A stretch of DNA of 28,876 nucleotides from a virus (IMGVR_UViG_3300011442_000024:1-28876); one strand, 5' to 3'; positions 15,313 through 22,562 are shown, counted from the first letter of the stretch. A program made the numbers and translations. Notes: generated from the sequence alone by a model not told the origin.

Positions 15313-15338
15313 TACGCGATCACTCAGTCGGCCGTCAA
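15309..15338 (-). promoter_or_regulatory. Possible promoter of the replication operon
   Basis: TTGACG-N18-TACAAA has the same 18-bp spacing as the other minus-strand promoters, but the -10 lacks the last T. Confidence 0.35.
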
Positions 15339-15433
15339 CCCCACCAACCGTGCCACCAGTCCAATAGCCTGACCCACCAGCGGTGCGAACGGCTGGCCCA
15401 CAGCCGCCGGGGGTCTTTCAGGCGGGTCACAGA

Positions 15434-15829
15434 TTACCGCTTGCCAGCCTTCTGGCGGCCCCGGGCGAGGCGCAGGGCCTCGGGGTTCCCCAGGACGTCG
15501 CCTCGCTCCTTGCGCTGCGCCACGAGCCGGTGGCCCTGCCTGCGCTTGGCCCTGGTGGCGAGCTGGTCCCGGTGCCGGGCCAGCGCCGCCGTGACGGCCG
15601 CCGGGAGGACGATCCGCTGGCCGCCGACCTGGTCGACCCGCTGCAGGAAGACCTGCTCCCGGCCCTCGCCGTCGCGGAACGTCTCCAGGACCCAGGTGGC
15701 CGCGTTGCCGTAGAAGTCCTGAGTCTGGATGGTCGAGGTCGAGCTGATCGCCCCGGGGTTGTCCCGGAGCGAGCGCAGCTCGCGTGAGAAGAGGTCGGTC
15801 GGGATCACGCCGCTGTCTTCGTTCGCCAT
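15434..15829 (-). CDS. Hypothetical early protein (131 aa)
   Basis: Start reassigned to ATG 15829 (GGAGGT RBS). Beta-strand core followed by a basic helix. Confidence 0.7.
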   Translation of the reverse strand: MANEDSGVIPTDLFSRELRSLRDNPGAISSTSTIQTQDFYGNAATWVLETFRDGEGREQVFLQRVDQVGGQRIVLPAAVTAALARHRDQLATRAKRRQGHRLVAQRKERGDVLGNPEALRLARGRQKAGKR

Positions 15830-15831
15830 GT

Positions 15832-16095
15832 TTACCTCCGTGAATGATTGAACGCCTGCACCGACTGCTCCAGGAACCCCGGCCGCCGCGTCGGGCCTTC
15901 GCTGCGGTACCCGTCGAACCACGCGCCGTGCGTACGCGTGTGTTCAATCGCCTCGGGCCGCTTCGCCGTCGTCGACGACGTCTCTTTGTCCTGGCAGTGT
16001 GCCTGCGCCTCGTCGAGCGTCAGGCCGGTCTCCAGGACGACGCTGTCGAGGTTGTCGCGCTGATAGAAGCGGACGATGGAGTACGACTCAGCCAC
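15832..16095 (-). CDS. Conserved small phage protein (87 aa)
   Basis: GGAGGT RBS and GTG start. Pattern YSIVRFY...TGLTLDEAQAHC.D.ETSS.T...WFDGY. Confidence 0.7.
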   Translation of the reverse strand: MAESYSIVRFYQRDNLDSVVLETGLTLDEAQAHCQDKETSSTTAKRPEAIEHTRTHGAWFDGYRSEGPTRRPGFLEQSVQAFNHSRR

Positions 16096-16390
16096 GGACC
16101 ACCTCCACGTTCTCCGCGAGCGCCGCGAGCGCCGCGTCGAGGTCCTTCGTCTTCAGCTTCAACACGTAGCGCCAGCCGAGGCCAATGGTCGCGTGATCAG
16201 CGCAGCCGCTGAGACCGACGATGGCCTTGTCCCACGTCGACACGTCGTACGGACGCGCGACGCGCCGCCCGATGTCGTAGTGGCCGAGGTCCTGGTTCTC
16301 AAAGATCCCGATCCACGTTTCGCCGTCCGCGAGCCAGCGCGCGAACGTCTCGCGCGTGGTCTCCGGCTTCGTCGCCTTCTCAATCGCCAT
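16088..16390 (-). CDS. Hypothetical early protein (100 aa)
   Basis: Start reassigned to ATG 16390 (AGGAGG RBS). Confidence 0.7.
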   Translation of the reverse strand: MAIEKATKPETTRETFARWLADGETWIGIFENQDLGHYDIGRRVARPYDVSTWDKAIVGLSGCADHATIGLGWRYVLKLKTKDLDAALAALAENVEVVRG

Positions 16391-16619
16391 TGTTGCCTCC
16401 TCTGACTTCCTGCTTCGCGGCTGGGTCCGTCCAGCCGCCACCACTCACTCGCACGTTCTGGTCGTGCCGGTACACCTCCACTTGATCGGTCCCGTCGCGC
16501 AACGTGCGGAATGAGATCAGCCCGCCGGTGCCACTGGGGAATGAGAACTCGACGATGCGCTCCGTCGGCCCGTGATGCCGGTCGGCGACGCACGCCGTCA
16601 GCACGCGCGGCCGCCTCAC
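16380..16619 (-). CDS. Hypothetical early protein (79 aa)
   Basis: GTGA coupling. Reads CVA....P.ERIVEFS....GGLISFR...V.VYR.D. Confidence 0.6.
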   Translation of the reverse strand: MRRPRVLTACVADRHHGPTERIVEFSFPSGTGGLISFRTLRDGTDQVEVYRHDQNVRVSGGGWTDPAAKQEVRGGNNGD

Positions 16620-16819
16620 TGGCGCACCGCCGGAGTCGGAATGTAGATCACGTTGCGCAGCGTCGCGAGGTCGAGCGTGTCGGACACGGTGTCGTCGTCT
16701 TCGCGGTTGAGGTCGACGGTGCCGCCCTGGAGATCGAACGTCGGGTAGAAGCCTGGGAAGGCGTACTCCACGCTCGCGCTCTCGCCCTGCGCCACCGTGA
16801 TGATCGTCTTGCCCTTCAT
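16616..16819 (-). CDS. Hypothetical early protein (67 aa)
   Basis: Start reassigned to ATG 16819 (ATGA coupling). Reads MKGKTIITVAQGE... Confidence 0.55.
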   Translation of the reverse strand: MKGKTIITVAQGESASVEYAFPGFYPTFDLQGGTVDLNREDDDTVSDTLDLATLRNVIYIPTPAVRQ

Positions 16820-17070
16820 CGCAGCACGACCAGTCCGTCGTTCTCGATGCCGAAGACGATGTCGGCGATGTAGCGCCACTCGACCACGTAGCCGTTGCGG
16901 CCCCAGGTCATCACGTCGCCGGGCAGGTGGTCCGTCACCCACTGCTCGGCCGCCTCGGTCTCCGCCCACAGGACGTAGATCGTGCCTTCGTTTTGCACGC
17001 GGAAGTCCGGCCGCTCCGGGGCCTCCGTCACTTTCACGTCGTCGAAGTTCGCCGGGTTCTCGTTCGCCAT
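16816..17070 (-). CDS. Acidic hypothetical early protein (84 aa)
   Basis: Start reassigned to ATG 17070 (GGAGG RBS), directly behind promoter P4. Confidence 0.75.
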   Translation of the reverse strand: MANENPANFDDVKVTEAPERPDFRVQNEGTIYVLWAETEAAEQWVTDHLPGDVMTWGRNGYVVEWRYIADIVFGIENDGLVVLR

Positions 17071-17088
17071 GTCAGCCTCCAAGGGTTC

Positions 17089-17121
17089 AGTATCGGTCGA
17101 CGGCCTACTTCTTGTCAAGAA
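17089..17121 (-). promoter_or_regulatory. Early promoter P4 with palindromic operator
   Basis: TTGACA-N18-GATACT, with the -35 inside TTCTTG-A-CAAGAA(GT). Confidence 0.8.
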
Positions 17122-17126
17122 TGCGG

Positions 17127-18662
17127 TCAGCGCCTGCCTTCGACCCAGGTCAGCTCGACCTTGGCGCGCGTGATCGCGACGTACTCGATGTTCTGCTCTT
17201 CGCGCGCCTGCTTCGGGTCCGGCTGGTAGCTGCCGCACACGCAGCTCTTCGGGCGCTTGCGGCACGTCACGCACGGCACCGGCGGGTTCAGCGTGTCCTG
17301 CAGGATGAAGACGCGCTCCGACTCGCGGCCCTTCGCGCGATGCACGGAGCTGCAGACGATCTGCGACGGGACCTGGTCGCTGTTGTCGGCGAACAGGTTC
17401 TCGATGCGCGTGAGCAGCTCCGCGATCCCGCTGACGCCGTCGACGAGCGCCACGAGCGTCTCGTGTTGGTCGAGGACCTGGTCGACCTTGTTGTCGAGCT
17501 TGGCCTTCGTCGCGCGCTCGACTTCCTTGTCGCGCCACGTCGCCAGCTTCTCCAGCCACTTCGGGATCGAGTTCTTCGCCGGGCCGGTCGCGAGCTTGTT
17601 GACGATGGCGCGCAGGCCGTCGCCGATGTTCCGCCCCTCGATCTTCACGCGGCGACCCTCGCGCACGAGCGACAGCGCGATGCCGACCAGCGGCGCGTTG
17701 ATGCGCGAGAGGATGAAGTCACCCGGGCCGACTTCCTTGTTGAGCTGGTGGCCCTTCAGCGCCTTGATGACGCCGTCGTGGTTCGACTCCGCCGCGACGA
17801 AGTCCGGCACGAGGCGCTGCGCGGTCGCGACGATGGCCTTGCCGCAGCGGTACGTCGTCGTGAGGCCCAGCTCGTCGGCCTGCAGTTCGTTCTTCAGCCG
17901 GTCGAGCGAGCCGCTGTCCGCGCCACGGAACCCGTACATCGCCTGGCGGTCGTCGCCGACCACGACCACGCGGCCGCTGCACGACCGCTGCGCGAGCAGG
18001 AGCTGCACCAGCGTCATGTCCTGCGCCTCGTCGATGACGACCAGGTCGTAGATCGGCCGCAGCCAGTTGTTGCGCAGCGGCAGGAAGAGCATGTCGGCGA
18101 AGTCGATCCCTCCGGCGGGCTTCACGCTGGCGGCCAGCTCGACGGCCTGCACCGCCTTGTCGGCGACCCAGTGCAGATCGAACCCGTCAGCCTGCCAGGC
18201 CTTGTCGGGGACGCAGTCGAACTGCTCGGCGATGTCGTACACCTCGGCCGCGTCCTTCGCGAACGGGGCCAGCTCGCGGACCTTCGTGCAGAGCGTCGCG
18301 ACCAGGCGCTTGAGCGCGTCCGGGGCCTGCTGGCCGCACACCGACTCCGCCAGGGCGCGCGCGCGGTCCTGGCCCTTCGCGACGCGGACGTTCTCCCAGT
18401 ACCGCTTCACGGCGCGGTTGCCGAGCGAGTGCGAGGTCAAGGCCTCGGCGTTGACGTTGGTGATCTTCGCGGCCGCGTCGATCTGATTCGACTTCGCGAA
18501 GCAGAGGACCGCGATGCTCTCTTCCGGCGCGCGGTTCACGCCTTCGAGGACGGTGGTGGTTTTGCCGCAGCCCGCGCGGGCGCGGATGACGAGGTTTTTG
18601 CCGGTGGGGTGGGCGAACCAGGAGAAGATGTCGAGCTGCTGTTGGGACCAGGTCGTCGCCAT
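17127..18662 (-). CDS. UvrD/Rep-like SF1 helicase (511 aa)
   Basis: Start reassigned to ATG 18662. Motifs ARAGCGKTT, T.HSLG, IDFADM, IDEAQD, VGDDRQAMYGFRGA, YRC, SSVHRAKGRE and YVAITRAK. Confidence 0.92.
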   Translation of the reverse strand: MATTWSQQQLDIFSWFAHPTGKNLVIRARAGCGKTTTVLEGVNRAPEESIAVLCFAKSNQIDAAAKITNVNAEALTSHSLGNRAVKRYWENVRVAKGQDRARALAESVCGQQAPDALKRLVATLCTKVRELAPFAKDAAEVYDIAEQFDCVPDKAWQADGFDLHWVADKAVQAVELAASVKPAGGIDFADMLFLPLRNNWLRPIYDLVVIDEAQDMTLVQLLLAQRSCSGRVVVVGDDRQAMYGFRGADSGSLDRLKNELQADELGLTTTYRCGKAIVATAQRLVPDFVAAESNHDGVIKALKGHQLNKEVGPGDFILSRINAPLVGIALSLVREGRRVKIEGRNIGDGLRAIVNKLATGPAKNSIPKWLEKLATWRDKEVERATKAKLDNKVDQVLDQHETLVALVDGVSGIAELLTRIENLFADNSDQVPSQIVCSSVHRAKGRESERVFILQDTLNPPVPCVTCRKRPKSCVCGSYQPDPKQAREEQNIEYVAITRAKVELTWVEGRR

Positions 18663-18713
18663 GTAGTGCCTCCACCCACGAGTATCGGGGATGGAGGCAC
18701 TTCTTGTCAAGAA
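18663..18713 (-). promoter_or_regulatory. Early promoter P3 with operator and RBS-sequestering inverted repeat
   Basis: TTGACA-N18-GATACT, operator at 18699-18713, and arms AGTGCCTCCA (18665-18674)/TGGAGGCACT (18692-18701). Confidence 0.8.
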
Positions 18714-18719
18714 CTCGGG

Positions 18720-19526
18720 CTAGACCACCTTCGTGTCGCTGAGGACCCGGACGCCGGGCCAGCGGTTGACGACGGTCTCGCCGAGGTCGCGCGCGTACTG
18801 GTTCAGCCGGACCTCGTCGATCTTCAGGACGTCGCGCGGGATGCCGAGCTTGCCCTCGAAGACCGCCGCGATGAACTTCTCCGCGTCGAGGACCTCGCCC
18901 TTGCGCGTCGTGCGGTCGACCGCGCCTGCGGCCTTCACGATGTCCGGCTTGACCTCGACCACGGTCGCCTGCAGCGGCGCGTCCTTCAGCGCGGCCGCCT
19001 GCTCGCGTCCGGCCTTCGTGCGCTTGTTGAGCGCCGCCAGCTCCTCGTCGCGCTGCTTCCGCGCGCGGTCGTCTTCGATCTTCTGCAGGCGCGCGGCTTC
19101 CTCCTGGGCCTTGCGCTTGGCCGCAGCGGTGTACTCGTTGTGGAGCTTGTTGCCGATGGTGGCGGAGTCGTCGAGGTACTTGATCGCGACGTCGCGCCGG
19201 GCCGTCAGGCGACGGTGAACGCGGTAGATGATCCGCGTGATCCCGGGCGCGAGGTCGGTGCCGTCCCAGTGACCGCCGACGGTGACCTTGCCGACCGCGA
19301 CGCGCTTGATGAACTTCTGGATCTCCTCGTCTTCCTCGCCGTTGGTGGGAGCCTTCAAGGTAGTCGCGAGCGCGTGGACTTCCTTCGCGCGGGCCTCCAG
19401 GTCGTTCGCGCGCTTGAAGAACGCGGCCGCCTGTTTCAAGAAGCCGACGACGCCGACGCCGACGCCCTTGATGAAGTCGAGGTCGGTCTGATCGGTGGGA
19501 ACGAGTTCTGCTGTTTTCTTCGCCAT
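18720..19526 (-). CDS. Coiled-coil phage protein of recombination-module type (268 aa)
   Basis: Start reassigned to ATG 19526. Long charged helix with C-terminal V.D...IP...L.IDE..LN..AR......PGV.V pattern. Confidence 0.75.
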   Translation of the reverse strand: MAKKTAELVPTDQTDLDFIKGVGVGVVGFLKQAAAFFKRANDLEARAKEVHALATTLKAPTNGEEDEEIQKFIKRVAVGKVTVGGHWDGTDLAPGITRIIYRVHRRLTARRDVAIKYLDDSATIGNKLHNEYTAAAKRKAQEEAARLQKIEDDRARKQRDEELAALNKRTKAGREQAAALKDAPLQATVVEVKPDIVKAAGAVDRTTRKGEVLDAEKFIAAVFEGKLGIPRDVLKIDEVRLNQYARDLGETVVNRWPGVRVLSDTKVV

Positions 19527-19579
19527 GTAGTGCCTCCGCCCACGATGGTAAGGGGGAGGCCTACTTCTTGTCAACAAGT
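19527..19579 (-). promoter_or_regulatory. Early promoter P2 with operator and RBS-sequestering inverted repeat
   Basis: TTGACA-N18-TACCAT, operator ACTTCTTGTCAACAAGT (19563-19579), and arms GTAG-t-GCCTCC/GGAGGC-CTAC. Confidence 0.8.
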
Positions 19580-19803
19580 CGCAAGCGGTCGGCCGTGACC
19601 CGGCGCTGCCGGGTGCTGACGCGCAGGCACCAGCCGCGCGCCGCCCTGAATCCGCGCTCCTGGTCCGTGTAGTCGCGCAAGAAGATCCGCACCGCTGGGG
19701 CCGCCTTGCGGCCGACCGTGACGCCGAGCTTGTTGACGACAGCGCGGTACTCCGTGCCGTCCTGGGCGGTGTAGATGACCTCGTCGAGCAGCGCGAACGT
19801 CAC
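19561..19803 (-). CDS. Small basic hypothetical protein (80 aa)
   Basis: Start reassigned to GTG 19803 (GTGA coupling). Strand pattern is SH3-like. Confidence 0.55.
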   Translation of the reverse strand: MTFALLDEVIYTAQDGTEYRAVVNKLGVTVGRKAAPAVRIFLRDYTDQERGFRAARGWCLRVSTRQRRVTADRLRLVDKK

Positions 19804-20255
19804 AGCCGCACCTGCGTGCGGATCTTGTCGATGTCGGCCTTCTGCCACAGCAGCAGCCCGTCCGCGCCTTCAGGGTCCGGCATCGCGACGAGGATCTTCG
19901 GCTTCCGCCGTCCGTCGATCTGGTCGTGATGTTTCGTGCAGGCCATGATGGTCCACTCGGTCGAGTGCCGCTGCTCGGGTGACATCTTCCGCGTCTTCGC
20001 GCGCGTGTAGTCCGGCAGGTGCGCCCACTCGCTCTTGCCCTCGCACTCGTTGAGCTGCAGGTCCTTCTGAATCCGGCAGTACCCATCACGCGCGACGACC
20101 TGCGGCCGCACCGACTTCACGCGCTTCGACTCGGAGCGCCGCTTCCGCCCACGCTTCAGCTTGATCGTTTTGCGTTTGAAGTTCGTGCCGTACGGCTGCG
20201 GAAAGCAGCGGCCGCAGCCAGGGTCGCCGCACAGACACGGGCCATCGTTCGTCAT
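19800..20255 (-). CDS. HNH-like (His-Me finger) endonuclease (151 aa)
   Basis: Start reassigned to ATG 20255 (ATGA). V.ARDGYC...C....EWAH.....AC.KHH..ID, plus an N-terminal CLCGDPGC.RC Zn knuckle. Confidence 0.7.
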   Translation of the reverse strand: MTNDGPCLCGDPGCGRCFPQPYGTNFKRKTIKLKRGRKRRSESKRVKSVRPQVVARDGYCRIQKDLQLNECEGKSEWAHLPDYTRAKTRKMSPEQRHSTEWTIMACTKHHDQIDGRRKPKILVAMPDPEGADGLLLWQKADIDKIRTQVRL

Positions 20256-20833
20256 CGGTACTTGTTCAGGATGCCCAGGACCTTCGCGAAGTCGGCCTGG
20301 TTTCCGTGACCCTCCACCTTGTAGCGGCCGTTCGGCTGCAAGTAGCAGCAGTACCGCTGAATCGACTGCGGCGGCAGCCGACACTCTTCCGCGAGCAGTA
20401 GCGCCTGAAACGCCGTCTGCAGCGGGTGCGCCTTCGTGCGCAGGCCTGACTTGATCTCCCACACCGACGCGGCGTTGTAGACCGTGCCGCCGCGATCTGG
20501 TGTCCCGCCGAAGCGCAGCTCGCGGTGGAACATGGCGGTCTCGACGTGGACCCAGTTCGGCTGGATGATCTGCATGACCTCAACGTGGCCCAGCAGGTAG
20601 TTCTTGTACGCGCTCACCAGGTGCGGCAGATCCTCGTTGGTGATGACGCCCAGGTCGTACTCGGCGGTGAGCTTGTGAACGGCGCGCCCGCGCTCGCTCG
20701 ACTCTTCCGTGTACCACTCGTCGTCGATCTCACCGGCCAGGGTGAGGAGCCGGGTGATCCCCGGCACCTCCCCGACCTGGTCGCTGTAGGTGTGCGTCGC
20801 GGCGTCGAAGTGAAACGTCTGTGTGGATGACAT
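20252..20833 (-). CDS. PD-(D/E)XK (Cas4/RecB-like) phage exonuclease
   Basis: F....HTY, VPGIT..L, RGRAVH, GGTPDR, WEIKSG and LQTA motifs, located near ERF. Confidence 0.8.
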   Translation of the reverse strand: MSSTQTFHFDAATHTYSDQVGEVPGITRLLTLAGEIDDEWYTEESSERGRAVHKLTAEYDLGVITNEDLPHLVSAYKNYLLGHVEVMQIIQPNWVHVETAMFHRELRFGGTPDRGGTVYNAASVWEIKSGLRTKAHPLQTAFQALLLAEECRLPPQSIQRYCCYLQPNGRYKVEGHGNQADFAKVLGILNKYR

Positions 20834-20841
20834 CAGAGGCC

Positions 20842-21093
20842 TCAGTGCAGGGTGATCAGTTTGCTGTCGGTCTCGGCGTGTTGCTGCTCAATGAACGCGA
20901 CGCCGAGCGCGAGCATCATACGCTGACCCTCGCCCGGCGGGAACATCAGCAGCAGCTCGCGCGTGACGCGCAGCGACGCGAAGTACGCCAGGTCCAGCGG
21001 GAGGCGCTCGCGGTTGGCGCGGTTCAGCACGTCGCTCATGGCGCGCTGCAGCTCGGTCATCTTGCGGAACGCCTCGGGTCCGAGGTTCGTCAT
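20842..21093 (-). CDS. Hypothetical helical protein (83 aa)
   Basis: Start reassigned to ATG 21093 (ATGA, AAGGAG RBS). Confidence 0.65.
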   Translation of the reverse strand: MTNLGPEAFRKMTELQRAMSDVLNRANRERLPLDLAYFASLRVTRELLLMFPPGEGQRMMLALGVAFIEQQHAETDSKLITLH

Positions 21094-21992
21094 TTGCTCT
21101 CCTTTCCCGACGGCATCGGCAGCGGCCCCTTCTTCTCGATGGCCTCGCAGATCGTGTCGTAGTCCTTGCGCTTGATGTCGTGCGTCGAGTCGACGCCGTA
21201 GACGGTGTGCAGCCAGGTGCGGATCGCTTCCTCGTTGCGGCCGCTGTTCCGAATGATGACCCACAGCCGCTGGAGCTGGCCTGGCCGCTCCTTCGTGCCG
21301 GACGTGATCACTTTGTCGTCGCCGCTGACCGGCGCGCGCGTGGGCGGCGCAGGCTTCTTCTCGGCCTTGCGTTCCTGCGCCGGGCGCTCGGGCGTCTGGT
21401 TCCCGGTCGACGCGCCGTCGTCGTCGTCCTCGCTCGCGATGGAGAGCAGCGCGATGGTCGTGTACCGCTTGCCGTACTGGCGCGCGCTGCCCCAGCTCTG
21501 GATGCGGTTCTTGCCCGGCGTGTCGTCGGTGCCGGTGGTGAACTCGTCCGTCTCGAAGTGGCCGTCGCGGTGCGCGAGGATGCCCGTGACGGTGAGCAGC
21601 CCATCGGTCAGCTTGTTGCGGAACCGCAGCGCGAAGCCGAACTTCGCGAGGATCGGCCGGACGGCTTCGGTGATGTCGAGGTCGCGCGCGTACTGCGTCT
21701 CGCGGATCAGGCGGCCGTCCTTCTCGATCTTCGCCTTACCCTTGCGGGTAACGGTCGGCAGCTTGCCCTGCATCGCCGCGAAGTCACGGTCGAAGGCCTG
21801 CTTCGCCGTGATCGCCATGACGCGGACTTGGGCGTCGATGATCGCGTTGAGCTTCTCGGGGGTGACGTTTGGGTCGCGCGCGATGTCCGCGAACGACTGC
21901 ACGATCATGCTGGCTTCCGCGTTTGGCCGGACGGCCAGCGCGGCGGTCTTCTCGACGAACGGAACGATCTCAGCTTGCTTCTGCTTCGCCAT
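21090..21992 (-). CDS. erf: ERF-family single-strand annealing protein
   Basis: YA...DI..AVRPIL...G, L.H..GH.E and the ERF signature QSWGSARQYGKRY...ALLSIA..DDDG. AGGAGG RBS. Confidence 0.88.
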   Translation of the reverse strand: MAKQKQAEIVPFVEKTAALAVRPNAEASMIVQSFADIARDPNVTPEKLNAIIDAQVRVMAITAKQAFDRDFAAMQGKLPTVTRKGKAKIEKDGRLIRETQYARDLDITEAVRPILAKFGFALRFRNKLTDGLLTVTGILAHRDGHFETDEFTTGTDDTPGKNRIQSWGSARQYGKRYTTIALLSIASEDDDDGASTGNQTPERPAQERKAEKKPAPPTRAPVSGDDKVITSGTKERPGQLQRLWVIIRNSGRNEEAIRTWLHTVYGVDSTHDIKRKDYDTICEAIEKKGPLPMPSGKESK

Positions 21993-22013
21993 TGTGCCTC
22001 CTGGTGGTAGACT
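21985..22013 (+). promoter_or_regulatory. Plus-strand extended -10 promoter for sRNA2, overlapping the erf RBS
   Basis: TTCGCC-N17-TAGACT with TG at 22005-22006. Confidence 0.45.
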
Positions 22014-22019
22014 CTCGCC

Positions 22020-22088
22020 GTCGGACCTTCGCCGGTACGACAGCCTCCGAGACCCGGTTCCCGCTCGCCACGGGGGCCGGGTCGTTTT
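22020..22088 (+). ncRNA. Putative ~68-nt small RNA (sRNA2)
   Basis: Fills the intergenic gap, between a promoter and a U-tailed terminator. Carries CUUCGCC, CAGCCUCCG and CUCGCCA. Confidence 0.5.
22051..22088 (+). terminator. Intrinsic terminator
   Basis: GACCCGGTTCCCG/CGGGGGCCGGGTC followed by GTTTT. Two G-U pairs form only on the plus strand. Confidence 0.7.
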
Positions 22089-22311
22089 ACGTACGCAGTC
22101 GGGCGAGGACCTTCTCCGCTTCTTGCTTGCCGCGCGCGAGGTAGTCGAACACGTCGCCGTCGCTGACTCGGTCGACCGGAATGCCGACGAAGGCCGCGAT
22201 GTGTTTGCGAGTCGTCTCGAAGCGCCTCGACCCGACGGTCGTCATCAGCCCCTGATAGCGAGCGTTGACGTCCTTCTTGCCGAACAGTGATGGTCTACCC
22301 ATTCGAGCCAT
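22087..22311 (-). CDS. Small basic putative DNA-binding regulator (74 aa)
   Basis: GGAGG RBS. MGRP N-terminus followed by a strand-helix-helix-like pattern; second gene of the first early operon. Confidence 0.6.
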   Translation of the reverse strand: MARMGRPSLFGKKDVNARYQGLMTTVGSRRFETTRKHIAAFVGIPVDRVSDGDVFDYLARGKQEAEKVLARLRT

Positions 22312-22480
22312 GTTGCCCTCCTGGCACGAGTGAGAGACTCGCTTCGCGTTTGCGGGTGTGAATCGCCTGCTGCCGCTTCCGGCGCTGTTCGCTCCGCCCT
22401 CGACGCTCCAAGGTTCGCGCGAGGGTGTGACAGGCCAGGACAGCCACCAGGGAGGTCAGAACGAACCAGACGATCTGCAT
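22295..22480 (-). CDS. Small N-terminal TM protein with basic tail (61 aa), probably leaderless
   Basis: Start reassigned to ATG 22480, 8 nt from the P1 -10 box. Reads MQIVWFVLTSLVAVLACHTL followed by an R/K-rich tail. Confidence 0.55.
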   Translation of the reverse strand: MQIVWFVLTSLVAVLACHTLARTLERRGRSEQRRKRQQAIHTRKREASLSLVPGGQHGSNG

Positions 22481-22488
22481 ACCCCCAA

Positions 22489-22521
22489 AGTGTAGGGGCG
22501 GCCGTGACTTGTTGTCAAGAA
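22489..22521 (-). promoter_or_regulatory. Early promoter P1 with palindromic operator
   Basis: TTGACA-N18-TACACT with operator ACTTGTTGTCAAGAA (22507-22521). Confidence 0.8.
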
Positions 22522-22525
22522 TGAG

Positions 22526-22557
22526 GCCCGCCCCGGCGGTGGTCACCAGGGCGGGCG
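22526..22557 (-). terminator. Hairpin closing the late/lysis transcript
   Basis: GCCCGCCCTGG/CCGGGGCGGGC on the minus strand, right after the lipoprotein stop. The U-tract is weak. Confidence 0.5.
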
Positions 22558-22562
22558 CTCGG

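Noticed and set aside
16797-19598. 933-aa plus-strand ORF
   Set aside because: It is the in-register antisense shadow of the UvrD and 268-aa genes, as expected at high GC3. It has no motifs or RBS and crosses three promoters.
17089-22521. CRISPR or mini-array reading of the TTCTTGTCAAGAA repeats near a Cas4-like nuclease
   Set aside because: The copies are kilobases apart and each coincides with a -35 box. The nuclease is the usual ERF-associated exonuclease.
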